NCBI GenBank assembly: GCA_037442745.1
Contig: JBBIPP010000011.1
Coordinates: forward strand, 45,742 to 62,815
Direction of reading: 5' to 3'
DNA: 17,074 bases
Origin: an archaeon
Lineage (GTDB): Archaea; SpSt-1190; DYHY01
Position numbers and translations under genes: made by a program. A model generated the notes under the pieces. The model was not told where the DNA came from. It ran no database searches and saw only the letters and a program-made list of their open reading frames with translations. Below, in pieces: positions 8,214 to 15,787 of this stretch. Each line of letters starts with the position of its first letter. Position 1 is the first letter of the stretch.

Positions 8214-9388
8214 AAAAAATCCAGACGTTTCTGGGAAAGGGCGAATTTCAGGAGTTTTGATTCTGTGAGAATTCTCTCCTTCTTCACCCTTGATTCTGAA
8301 AAGAGGGCTTGAAGCGCGGAGGGGAGATCTGGGAATTCCCTCGGGGGACTTTCCATCGCATTCCTTACATTCTCCCGCACCTGCCAGACTCCCAAGGGGG
8401 CGAAATAGCCCTCCCCAATTGAGCGGACTATCAGGGCGGAAGCCTGTCTTTTGACTTTAGCCAGATATTCGCAGACAGCAATCCTTCCAGCATAATATCC
8501 CCCAGCAACATTCGACGCGTATTTCTTCCGCCCTTCATAGTATTCCCAGTCCTGCATAAGAGTCTCCCCGGGGACATATCCTTCAAGCTGTTCGAACGAC
8601 CATTGTCCCGGGAAAAGAAGGATGTGGAACTCATTATCGAGGTGTTTGGAAGTGAAAAGGAGTGCGCGGTCGATTTTTTCCAATTCCCTTATTTCGGAAA
8701 TCAGCCGCTCGGAGACAATCGAATCAGTGGCAGTTATCCCCCACCTTGTCGGGACAAGGGTCTTTTTCTTTCCGAGAAACCCGCCAGAGAGGAGGCGTTG
8801 GATGTAGTAAACGTCAAATCCGTAATTGAAAAGCTCGTTTGCGCCGTCTTCCGCCCGGAGATTTTCAGATAATATTGAGTCGACTTTTGAGGGGATTTTC
8901 GGGTTCTCCGTTACCTTGAATTCCTCAAGGCTGGCGGAAGGTCCAAGGGGACTCGAATACTTGTCAAAAGATAGACCTTCCCGGAGGCTCCTTGTCCTCG
9001 CTTCAACTTCGGTAGGCTTGACTGCTAGTGATACTTCGCCAAAATATTCCCGCGAGAGCGCTGGCCTCTTTATCTCGGCTGAAAATGTCATGTTAAGGAG
9101 GGACAGCCTTTTTTCCGAAATCTCGGGAATTGACAGTTTGTCCGAAAACCATTTGGAAGGGCTGTCCAAATCATCATGTCCGGGGAGAGGTGGCGCAAGA
9201 ACTCCTGCCCGGACGCGCGGATATCCGAAATTCCCGACAAATATTGAAGGTGGTGAATCCCCGAAGAACGAACCCTTTGAAAGTGCTGCCCGGGTCTTTG
9301 CAACAATTGGGGTTGAATGGAGCGGGCATCTCTCAACTCCCGCGCCTAGGCATATTGGGCACCTATTTTTTCCGCCGACTGCCTGCAT
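8210..9388 (-). CDS. nreA: Archaeal DNA repair protein Nre (PCNA-interacting)
   Basis: SPPSIFVGNFGYPRV, LVPTRWGITATD, GGYYAGR, PLGVWQVRENVR and C-terminal PIP box QKRLDFF. Start placed at ATG 9388, about 26 nt after TTAAAAA (9420-9414), rather than 9472. Confidence 0.93.
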   Translation of the reverse strand: MQAVGGKNRCPICLGAGVERCPLHSTPIVAKTRAALSKGSFFGDSPPSIFVGNFGYPRVRAGVLAPPLPGHDDLDSPSKWFSDKLSIPEISEKRLSLLNMTFSAEIKRPALSREYFGEVSLAVKPTEVEARTRSLREGLSFDKYSSPLGPSASLEEFKVTENPKIPSKVDSILSENLRAEDGANELFNYGFDVYYIQRLLSGGFLGKKKTLVPTRWGITATDSIVSERLISEIRELEKIDRALLFTSKHLDNEFHILLFPGQWSFEQLEGYVPGETLMQDWEYYEGRKKYASNVAGGYYAGRIAVCEYLAKVKRQASALIVRSIGEGYFAPLGVWQVRENVRNAMESPPREFPDLPSALQALFSESRVKKERILTESKLLKFALSQKRLDFF

Positions 9389-9486
9389 TACCCCTCCAAT
9401 CCGAAAAATCGTATTTTTAACCGATTTGGATGGCTTTCCGATTATTTTCGGAGAAAATACTAAAACGGGCATGGCATTTTCAATTG

Positions 9487-10065
9487 ATGGGCCCAGACGT
9501 TGGAGAAGTAGATTCCATTGGCGACTCCGCAGTCGAAGAATTTGACAGGGTTTATGGCTATCTTTGGAAAGAAATAGGAAAGCTCAAGTCCCTTCCAACA
9601 ATTGGCAAGCCCCATTCAAAGAAAAAAGGGGGAATTTCATACCGAGTCTCAAAGGATTGCTGGAGAGGCAGGTGCGCAACTGTTTCCGCTTCGAATGACT
9701 GGCTTTACCTTGCCCTCAACGTTAGGGATGAGGGCGACGGACTGAAGGTTGCCAAATCCCCCACAATGCGGATTGATTTCGACTCTTCCCTTGAGGACGA
9801 CGCAGCGCTTTCGTTATACGAAATGGTTGCATCAGAAATGGGGGGAAGCTACTCGGGCGAGGCCGGATGGGGGAAAAAGCGCCTCCCGACAATAAGGACT
9901 CTGGGAGGAGATTTTGGAATACTTTTGAAAGGGGGGACTGCCTCTATTTACACTGGCTTAAAAGGGGAGAAGCGGACTGCTCTTGAAAGGGAGTTCATCC
10001 GGGCAGTTGTCAACTCGGGAGAGGCGCTAGAAATTTCAGTTGGGCCATACAAGGCGCAAGGCTAG
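9487..10065 (+). CDS. Hypothetical protein
   Basis: A long ORF that fills the gap between nre and fni and has genome-like codon usage. ATG 9487 is preferred over 9430. No motif recognised. Confidence 0.65.
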   Translation: MGPDVGEVDSIGDSAVEEFDRVYGYLWKEIGKLKSLPTIGKPHSKKKGGISYRVSKDCWRGRCATVSASNDWLYLALNVRDEGDGLKVAKSPTMRIDFDSSLEDDAALSLYEMVASEMGGSYSGEAGWGKKRLPTIRTLGGDFGILLKGGTASIYTGLKGEKRTALEREFIRAVVNSGEALEISVGPYKAQG

Positions 10066-10085
10066 AGAATTTATTTGGATATTGA

Positions 10086-11141
10086 TCAGCTTTTTTGGGA
10101 AATCCATTCAGAGAGCCTTCCGAAAACCCTTTTTTCCGCCCGGGCAAGGGATTCCAAGTCCTTCGACCCCGTAAGAAACATTGCAGCCTTCAGTTCGCCG
10201 ATTCTCAAGGACAGGAATTCCTCAATTCCCCTCTCTCCTGAGCGCGAGTGGGCAAGGAGGATTTCCCGGGCGAATCCACCCCCCCACGCTCCAAGAGAAA
10301 TTGCTTTTGCAACATCAACACCTGTCGAGAGGCCCCCTGACGCTATCACCGGGACGGGAAGGTCGCTACACTCAGCGACTGATGCGAGTGTCGGAATTCC
10401 CCAGTCAGAGAGAGCGGACCCTATTTCCTCCCCTCCGCGCATTGACTCTATTTTCGTAAAGCTCGTTCCCCCAAGTCCACCGACATCGATGCCGGAAATC
10501 CCAGCATCAACCAACCTTCTCGCAACTGTCCCGGATATTCCGCACCCGACTTCTTTCGCGAAAACCGGGACGCCGGCGCAGTCAACTATTTCCTCAAGAA
10601 TTGAGGCGCCGTCCGAAAAGTTTCGGTCCCCTCCTTTCTGGACAATCTCCTGCGCAGGGTTCAAATGAATGAAGATGCCGTCCGCCCCTATCATCTCGAC
10701 AGCATCCCTTGCCGCATTTGGCCTGAATCCTCCCCCAATGAAGCTCGCGAGGCCTAGGTTCGCAAACACCGGAGAGTTCCTTGCGAACTTCCTGACTTCA
10801 AACAACCCCCTTCTCGAGGGGTTCTCAAGCGCAATTCTCTGGCTTCCGACTGAAAAGCCCAGTTCAAGCCTCTCGCAAGCCCTTGCAATTGAGGAATTGA
10901 GCTTTCCCGAGAGGGCGGTTCCGCCAGACATTGAGGAGACAACTATTGGAGCTGACACTTTCTTCCCGAGAAGTGTTGTCGAAGCCGAGACTTCTGAGAG
11001 GGAAAGCTCGGGGAGAGCCCTATTTAGCAATACAACATCCTCGAAGAGGCCTTTCCCCTTGTTTTGGGACTCTTCCGAGAGGGAGAGGATGATGTGATCT
11101 GATTTTCTTCCTGAAATTCCCTCTTTTTTCTTCCGCGCCAT
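10086..11141 (-). CDS. fni: Type 2 (FMN-dependent) isopentenyl-diphosphate delta-isomerase
   Basis: RKSDHI, SSMSGG, VGSQR, ANLG, HLNPAQE...GD, KEVGCG, GGTSF, WGIPT and IASGG. Confidence 0.96.
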   Translation of the reverse strand: MARKKKEGISGRKSDHIILSLSEESQNKGKGLFEDVVLLNRALPELSLSEVSASTTLLGKKVSAPIVVSSMSGGTALSGKLNSSIARACERLELGFSVGSQRIALENPSRRGLFEVRKFARNSPVFANLGLASFIGGGFRPNAARDAVEMIGADGIFIHLNPAQEIVQKGGDRNFSDGASILEEIVDCAGVPVFAKEVGCGISGTVARRLVDAGISGIDVGGLGGTSFTKIESMRGGEEIGSALSDWGIPTLASVAECSDLPVPVIASGGLSTGVDVAKAISLGAWGGGFAREILLAHSRSGERGIEEFLSLRIGELKAAMFLTGSKDLESLARAEKRVFGRLSEWISQKS

Positions 11142-11225
11142 TGAGAATTCCGGAGAAAATCAGGAGCGAATTTAAAAAAATTCATGTGGCAAAGTTATTT
11201 AAGCGAAAATGGTCCCCCGGATGCC

Positions 11226-11831
11226 ATGCCTTCCGGTGAAAGTGGGAATTCGCCTCATATCCAAGAAGTTTCAACCGAATACAAAATCAACAATGTTGTT
11301 GTAACAACCCAGCTTGCGAAGAATTTCAACCTGGTTGAGGTAATGAAGAAGGTTCCGGGAAGCGTCTATGAGCCGGGAAATTTCCCCGCGCTCCGCCTGA
11401 AAAAGTACGAGGCCGGATTCCTCCTCTACTCCTCAGGAAAAATCGTCTGCACTGGCGCGAAGAGCACTGACGATGCGAGGGAAAAGGTCGCGCTCCTCCA
11501 GAACGAGCTGAAAAAATACGGGATTTCGACAATTGTAAAGCCCGAGATATTCATAAGGAACATTGTGGCCTCAATTGACCTCAAGCGAGAACTCCGCCTG
11601 CATGAGCTCGCGTGCCTGATGGAGGAGAGCGAATACAACCCGGAATATTTTCCCGGGATGAAGGTCCAGTTCGGAAACACGCGCCTCCTGGTTTTCAGGA
11701 CGGGGAAAGCGATTCTCCCGGGACTCGGGAGCGTTGAAGAGATTGAGAACACCGTTCGGTGGCTCAAGGGGAGGCTGAACTCTACTGAGAAGGAAATCGC
11801 GCGGCAGGGGCTCGCAAAAGCAAAGCGATAA
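11226..11831 (+). CDS. tbp: TATA-box-binding protein (divergent)
   Basis: Two TBP repeats: INNVVVT...YEPGNFPAL...LLYSSGKIVCTGAKS and IRNIVAS...YNPEYFPGM...LVFRTGK. ATG 11226 follows TTATTTAA at about 11195 (ATG 11184 is the alternative). Confidence 0.92.
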   Translation: MPSGESGNSPHIQEVSTEYKINNVVVTTQLAKNFNLVEVMKKVPGSVYEPGNFPALRLKKYEAGFLLYSSGKIVCTGAKSTDDAREKVALLQNELKKYGISTIVKPEIFIRNIVASIDLKRELRLHELACLMEESEYNPEYFPGMKVQFGNTRLLVFRTGKAILPGLGSVEEIENTVRWLKGRLNSTEKEIARQGLAKAKR

Positions 11832-12246
11832 GGAAAATTTTCCGAAAGGGTTTCTTTTTGACTGCACAATCTGCGCGGAATGCTGTCGGGATTCTGGAAA
11901 GCACAGAAGAAGGATAATATTTTCGGAAAAGGAAGCTGGGGAAATCTCCCTCGCCTATGGAATTTCAAAGGAGACTTTCTCCGTTCGGTCTGGGCGGAAG
12001 GACGCCTATTCAAGAAGAATGAGGAAACTCTCCGGGAACTGCTTTTTCCTGAATACGGAGAGCTGGCTCTGCCGGATTTACGGGAAGAGGCCCCTTGTCT
12101 GCAGGTTCTATCCTTTCGAGCTAAGGCAGGACGGCTCCTGGGCCTGCGCGAAAGTAGCTGACTGCGAAGGGCTCGGCAAGGGAGAAGAGGTCCGTCCTGC
12201 GCATTTCAGGCGCCTACTCAAGCGCGCAAAAGAGGTATTTTATTAA
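11785..12246 (+). CDS. YkgJ (CxxCxxCC) family cysteine-cluster protein; start codon uncertain
   Basis: The frame of ORF 12019-12246 extends upstream as FDCTICAECC (from 11857), followed by CFFL, CRIYGKRPLVCRFYPF and CEGLGKG. The frame is open from 11779 but has no ATG/GTG/TTG before the Cys motif. CTG 11785 is used tentatively. Confidence 0.85.
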   Translation: MRRKSRGRGSQKQSDKENFPKGFLFDCTICAECCRDSGKHRRRIIFSEKEAGEISLAYGISKETFSVRSGRKDAYSRRMRKLSGNCFFLNTESWLCRIYGKRPLVCRFYPFELRQDGSWACAKVADCEGLGKGEEVRPAHFRRLLKRAKEVFY

Positions 12247-12247
12247 A
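12238..12247 (+). promoter_or_regulatory. TATA box predicted to drive the H/ACA RNA
   Basis: TTTTATTAAA overlaps the YkgJ stop codon and lies about 31 to 22 nt upstream of G12269, the first base of the hairpin. A purine-rich stretch (aaaagagg) precedes it. Confidence 0.6.
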
Positions 12248-12268
12248 CGCCGGATGGGGGTTTCCCCC

Positions 12269-12345
12269 GCCCCGCCCATAGCCGAACGCGCATGATTGTG
12301 ATGCACAACATCTAACGTGAGTGCGCGTGCGAGGGCGGGGCAACA
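12269..12345 (+). ncRNA. Box H/ACA pseudouridylation guide sRNA (transcript may extend to about 12420)
   Basis: Lower stem GCCCCGCCC (12269-77)/GGGCGGGGC (12333-41). Pocket AUAGCCGA/GCGA. Upper stem ACGCGCA/UGCGCGU. K-turn U-GA ... CGU-GA-G, closed by UUG(U)GAUG/CAUCUAA. ACA at 12343-45, 14 nt from the top of the pocket. Confidence 0.82.
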
Positions 12346-12471
12346 ATTCCCAATATCGTCCTCCCTGAACTGGAGTGGAGGAGGGGACGGGGCCCGGGCC
12401 AAGAGGCAAAGGACGGCAGTTCTTTCCTGAAATAGATTTATAGCTGGGGAAAGGCAATTCTCGTTGAAGAA

Positions 12472-14013
12472 ATGCCTGAACGGAAGAAGAACTGCCCCCT
12501 TGTTCTGGTAATCAGGGACGGCTGGGGATTTCGGGAAAGTTCCGAAATGAACGCTGTCGAGAGCTTCTCTCGGGAGAGCTTTGAGAAAAGGCTTGTCTTG
12601 AAATACCCAAACACCCTTCTTGGGGCGTCCGGGAATTTCGTCGGCCTTCCGGAAGGCTATCAAGGAAACTCAGAAGTCGGCCACCTGACAATTGGCGCGG
12701 GAAGAGTCCTTTTCCAGTCGCTTGAGAAAATAAACAAGTCAATCAAGGAAGGGGATTTTTTCAAAAACGGCGCGTTTCTTTCTGCAATCGAGAACTGCAA
12801 GCGCAATTGCTCGGCGCTCCATATAATCGGCCTTGTGCAGAAGGAAGGGGTTCATTCCCATATTGATCATTTGTTCGCAATCCTTGAGCTATGCAAGAGA
12901 GAGGGGCTCTCGTCAATCAAGGTCCATCCAATAACTGACGGAAGGGACGCTCCCGTGAAAAACGGCATCGGAAACCTCCGGGCGCTCTTGGAAAAACTCT
13001 CTGAGCTCGGATTCGGCGAGATTTCGACAGTTTCCGGCAGGTATTATGCAATGGACCGGGACAAGAAATGGGAGAGGACAAAAAAGGCATATGATGCAAT
13101 TTTCTTCGGAAAGGCGCAAAATTCGTTCTCCGACCCGGAGAAATTCCTCCTCTCCTGCTATGAGAAGGGAGAAACGGACGAGTTCGTTGTTCCGGGAGTT
13201 AGGAGGGACTATCCGGGAATAGGAGATAACGATTCCGTCATTTTCTTCAATTTCAGGACAGATAGGACTAGGCAGCTCACGCAGGCAATTGTCGAGCGGG
13301 AGTTTTCGGGATTCGAGAGGGGGAAGAGGGACTTTTTCCCTGTTTTTGTCGGGATGACTGACTATTATTCGCCAATTGATGGCCTCGGGGAGCGGACGTT
13401 CTTCGCTTTCCCGGCCGAGAAACCTGAAGGATTCCTTGGGGAAATCATCTCCCTCGCTGGCCTCTCCCAATTGAGAATATCGGAGACAGAGAAATACGCC
13501 CATGTGACTTTTTTCTTCAACGGCCAGGTGGAGACTCCTTATCCTTTGGAGGAGAGAATTCTTGTCCCGAGCCCGAAGGTCGCGACATATGACCTCGTCC
13601 CTGAAATGTCTGCTGACGCAATAACTGAGAGGCTTCTTATGGAAATCGACCGGCATGACGTAATAATCGCAAACCTCGTCAACGGCGACATGGTAGGACA
13701 CACAGGGAACTGGGATGCGACACTTCTTGGGGCGAGAAAGGTCGATTCCTGCATTGAGCGGATTGCTGACGCAGTCTTCCAAAGGAACGGGACGCTAATA
13801 GTGACTGCTGACCACGGGAATTGCGAGGACATGACTCCGGAATGGAGGACTTCTCATACATTGAACCCCGTAAGGGTAATTATTGCAAGCAGGAATCCGG
13901 GAATTTCGGGAGCGCGCCTTGCTCGTGGGAGGGGCCTCGCCTCAATTGCACCGACAATTCTGAAAATTCTCGGAATCGAGGCGCCCCCTTCAATGGAAAA
14001 GCCCCTTTTCTGA
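12472..14013 (+). CDS. gpmI: 2,3-bisphosphoglycerate-independent phosphoglycerate mutase (bacterial GpmI type)
   Basis: DGWG, GNSEVGH, GVHSH, DGRD, SGRYYAMDRD, NFRTDR, ETEKYAHVTFFFNG, DMVGHTG and TADHGN. TTTATA at 12437-42. Confidence 0.97.
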   Translation: MPERKKNCPLVLVIRDGWGFRESSEMNAVESFSRESFEKRLVLKYPNTLLGASGNFVGLPEGYQGNSEVGHLTIGAGRVLFQSLEKINKSIKEGDFFKNGAFLSAIENCKRNCSALHIIGLVQKEGVHSHIDHLFAILELCKREGLSSIKVHPITDGRDAPVKNGIGNLRALLEKLSELGFGEISTVSGRYYAMDRDKKWERTKKAYDAIFFGKAQNSFSDPEKFLLSCYEKGETDEFVVPGVRRDYPGIGDNDSVIFFNFRTDRTRQLTQAIVEREFSGFERGKRDFFPVFVGMTDYYSPIDGLGERTFFAFPAEKPEGFLGEIISLAGLSQLRISETEKYAHVTFFFNGQVETPYPLEERILVPSPKVATYDLVPEMSADAITERLLMEIDRHDVIIANLVNGDMVGHTGNWDATLLGARKVDSCIERIADAVFQRNGTLIVTADHGNCEDMTPEWRTSHTLNPVRVIIASRNPGISGARLARGRGLASIAPTILKILGIEAPPSMEKPLF

Positions 14014-14085
14014 GCCCGGAGGAAAGCAATCGCCGGGGCAAATGGTAAAGTATTTTTAAGCAGGGCAATCAGATTGTTCAAACCA

Positions 14086-14889
14086 ATGGCTGAAGGGGAA
14101 GCCACGTCTGCAAATGCTCCTGAAGAGGCAAATGAAGCGCCCCTTCAGAAATCTGTTGCCATCCGCGAACAGCCAATGACAGTAATCCAGATTATGGAGA
14201 ACTACAACAAAGTCGAGAGGGCAAAGTCGGGGATTTCCGGCTTTGACGACATTGTTGCAGGGGGGCTTCCCCGTGGTTCCCTCGTCCTTCTCTCCGGAAT
14301 GTGCGGGACCGGAAAGACTACTTTCTCAATGCAGTTCCTCTATCACGGGGCGAAGAACGGAGAACCGGGTGTTTTCATATCCCTTGAGGAGCAGCCAGAA
14401 ACTCTCATAAGGAACGCTGGGCTATTCGGCCTAGATTTCTATGATCTAATAAGGAAAAAGTCATTCGCAGTAAAGTTCTTCGAGCTCTATGATTTCGAGA
14501 AATTCAAGGCGAATTTGGAGGAAATTGTGGACGAAATGAAGGCTCAGCGGGTAGTTATTGAATCGTCCTCAATTCTCGGGCTCTTCTTCGAGGACAAGTA
14601 CAAGTTCAGGAAATCCCTCCTTGAGCTGGGGAAATCTCTCAGGGAAAGAAACATAACAACCCTCATAATATCCGAAATCCAGGAGGGGTCGGACGGGCTC
14701 TCGACATTCGGGGTCGAGGAATTCGCGGCCGACGGGGTAATTAACATGAACTACGTAAAGGTCGGGAACGTTTTCATGCGCTCGTTAAGCATCCGGAAGA
14801 TGAGGGACACAATACACTCAATGAAAATACATCCCCTCCAGATGACAAGCCACGGGGTATACGTATATCCGACTGAGGAAATTTTCTGA
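14086..14889 (+). CDS. Single-domain KaiC/RAD55/GvpD-family RecA-like ATPase
   Basis: SGISGFDDIVAGGLP, Walker A GMCGTGKT, SLEE, RVVIES, VEEFAADGVI and SIRKMR. ATG 14086 (TTG 14074 is the alternative) follows TTTTTAA at about 14053. Confidence 0.93.
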   Translation: MAEGEATSANAPEEANEAPLQKSVAIREQPMTVIQIMENYNKVERAKSGISGFDDIVAGGLPRGSLVLLSGMCGTGKTTFSMQFLYHGAKNGEPGVFISLEEQPETLIRNAGLFGLDFYDLIRKKSFAVKFFELYDFEKFKANLEEIVDEMKAQRVVIESSSILGLFFEDKYKFRKSLLELGKSLRERNITTLIISEIQEGSDGLSTFGVEEFAADGVINMNYVKVGNVFMRSLSIRKMRDTIHSMKIHPLQMTSHGVYVYPTEEIF

Positions 14890-14941
14890 TTCTTCCGGAA
14901 AATTGGGGCTTGTTAAAAACCTGCGGGAGTAAAGCTTCCAA

Positions 14942-15173
14942 TTGAGTTTGCCGTTTCAGACTGCTAATCTTGCTCTTCGAGACCTTCCGAAGAAGAGGAG
15001 GGCCCGGATTGTCCTCGGATATTCCATGAGGTTGGCGACTTTTGGGAGCCAAAATGATTTCTGAAAGTGTGGGAAGACTCCAGTCTCGGGAGCTCCGCAA
15101 TTATCTTGATTTCCCGGAGGAGAAGAGAAAGTTCGCTCCCGGATATCGGGAATATGAAATAAAAATAGATTGA
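14942..15173 (+). pseudogene. Possible frameshifted small gene remnant
   Basis: TTAAAAA at 14913-19 precedes a TTG 14942-15064 ORF (40 aa). It overlaps a second frame, open from 15030, containing ATG 15054-15173 (39 aa, ...PEEKRKFAPGYREYEIKID). Confidence 0.25.
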
Positions 15174-15177
15174 ATTT

Positions 15178-15220
15178 AAAAAAAAACTTTCCGGGGAAAG
15201 CGCCGGCCTCCCCAGGAAAC
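15178..15220 (-). terminator. Hairpin plus T9 terminator downstream of pilin 1
   Basis: The minus strand reads TTTCCTGGGGAGGC..GCTTTCCCCGGAAAG followed by 9 T, beginning about 12 nt after the pilin stop. Confidence 0.65.
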
Positions 15221-15231
15221 TGCCTTGCTAA

Positions 15232-15705
15232 CTATTCCATCTTCCCGGTTATTGTTCCGGTATCGACGTGGGTCAATCCGCCTGCGTCAAAATAGATGCT
15301 TGCGGAAAGCGTGTATGTCTTTCCTGTAGTGAGCGTTCCGAGGCACTTGGTTACGTTTGAAGTTGCAGGAAGGATAGCAGTCCCGTCAGCGGAGAGCTGG
15401 ATTTCCGTGGTTTCGTTATAGTGGCATTCACCGGTTGCCCCCGACCTTGTTGCCGAGAGGTTCGTTATTGTTATTGCGTCCCCGAACCTGTTTCCGACAA
15501 GAATTGTAAGGCCTGAAGAGTTGAGCTTCCAATCGGAAATCTGTAGGCTTGAAAATCCTGTCGCCCTCTTGTTCGAGCCCCAGGTCGCCGGATTGAAAAC
15601 CCCGAGGGCGAAAAGCGCCCCCCCGATAATTACAATAATCAGTATTGCCCAGCCGTATGTTATCAGATATTCCAGCGCGCCCTGCCCTTTTCGTTTAGTG
15701 TCCAT
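15232..15705 (-). CDS. Archaeal type IV pilin-like protein 1 (class III signal peptide)
   Basis: MDTKRKG/QGALEY with Glu at +5, a hydrophobic helix, a Ser/Thr-rich beta domain, 2 Cys and 4 N-x-S/T sequons. Upstream TATAAATA (15755-48) and SD GGTGA (15720-16). Confidence 0.9.
   Translation of the reverse strand: MDTKRKGQGALEYLITYGWAILIIVIIGGALFALGVFNPATWGSNKRATGFSSLQISDWKLNSSGLTILVGNRFGDAITITNLSATRSGATGECHYNETTEIQLSADGTAILPATSNVTKCLGTLTTGKTYTLSASIYFDAGGLTHVDTGTITGKME
15590..15692. repeat. 103-bp perfect direct repeat, copy 1 (pilin 1 N-terminal coding region)
   Basis: Base-for-base identical to 16584-16686 (offset 994). Confidence 0.95.
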
Positions 15706-15787
15706 TTTTTGTTATTCACCGAATTTTGTAAATTTGGCCTCTCTTGGTATTTATATTTTGAGCATATGATAAATATCAGTCAGGGAT

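Noticed and set aside
12256-12268. GGGGGTTTCCCCC hairpin as the 3' part of a minus-strand RNA with a GAAA tetraloop
   Set aside because: The K-turn, ACA box and TATA spacing all read correctly only on the + strand. This short palindrome falls between the TATA box and the predicted start and remains unexplained.
12248-12420. tRNA, 5S rRNA, SRP RNA or RNase P RNA
   Set aside because: No TTCRA T-loop or 7-bp acceptor stem, no 5S GAAC/GAAGTTAAG pattern, no SRP helix-8 motif, and no RNase P GAGGAAAGTCC on either strand. The H/ACA model fits far better.
2711-14565. GAR codons reassigned to Asp, suggested by Glu at several conserved Asp sites (SRP54 TKME, HD TGE, KaiC VIES)
   Set aside because: Conserved Glu sites (NSEVGH, ETEKY, LEIGPG, KEVG) use GAR normally and conserved Asp sites use GAY, so these are independent substitutions.
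14086-14889. Circadian clock KaiC
   Set aside because: Single domain only, with no kaiA or kaiB nearby; typical of the widespread archaeal KaiC-like family.
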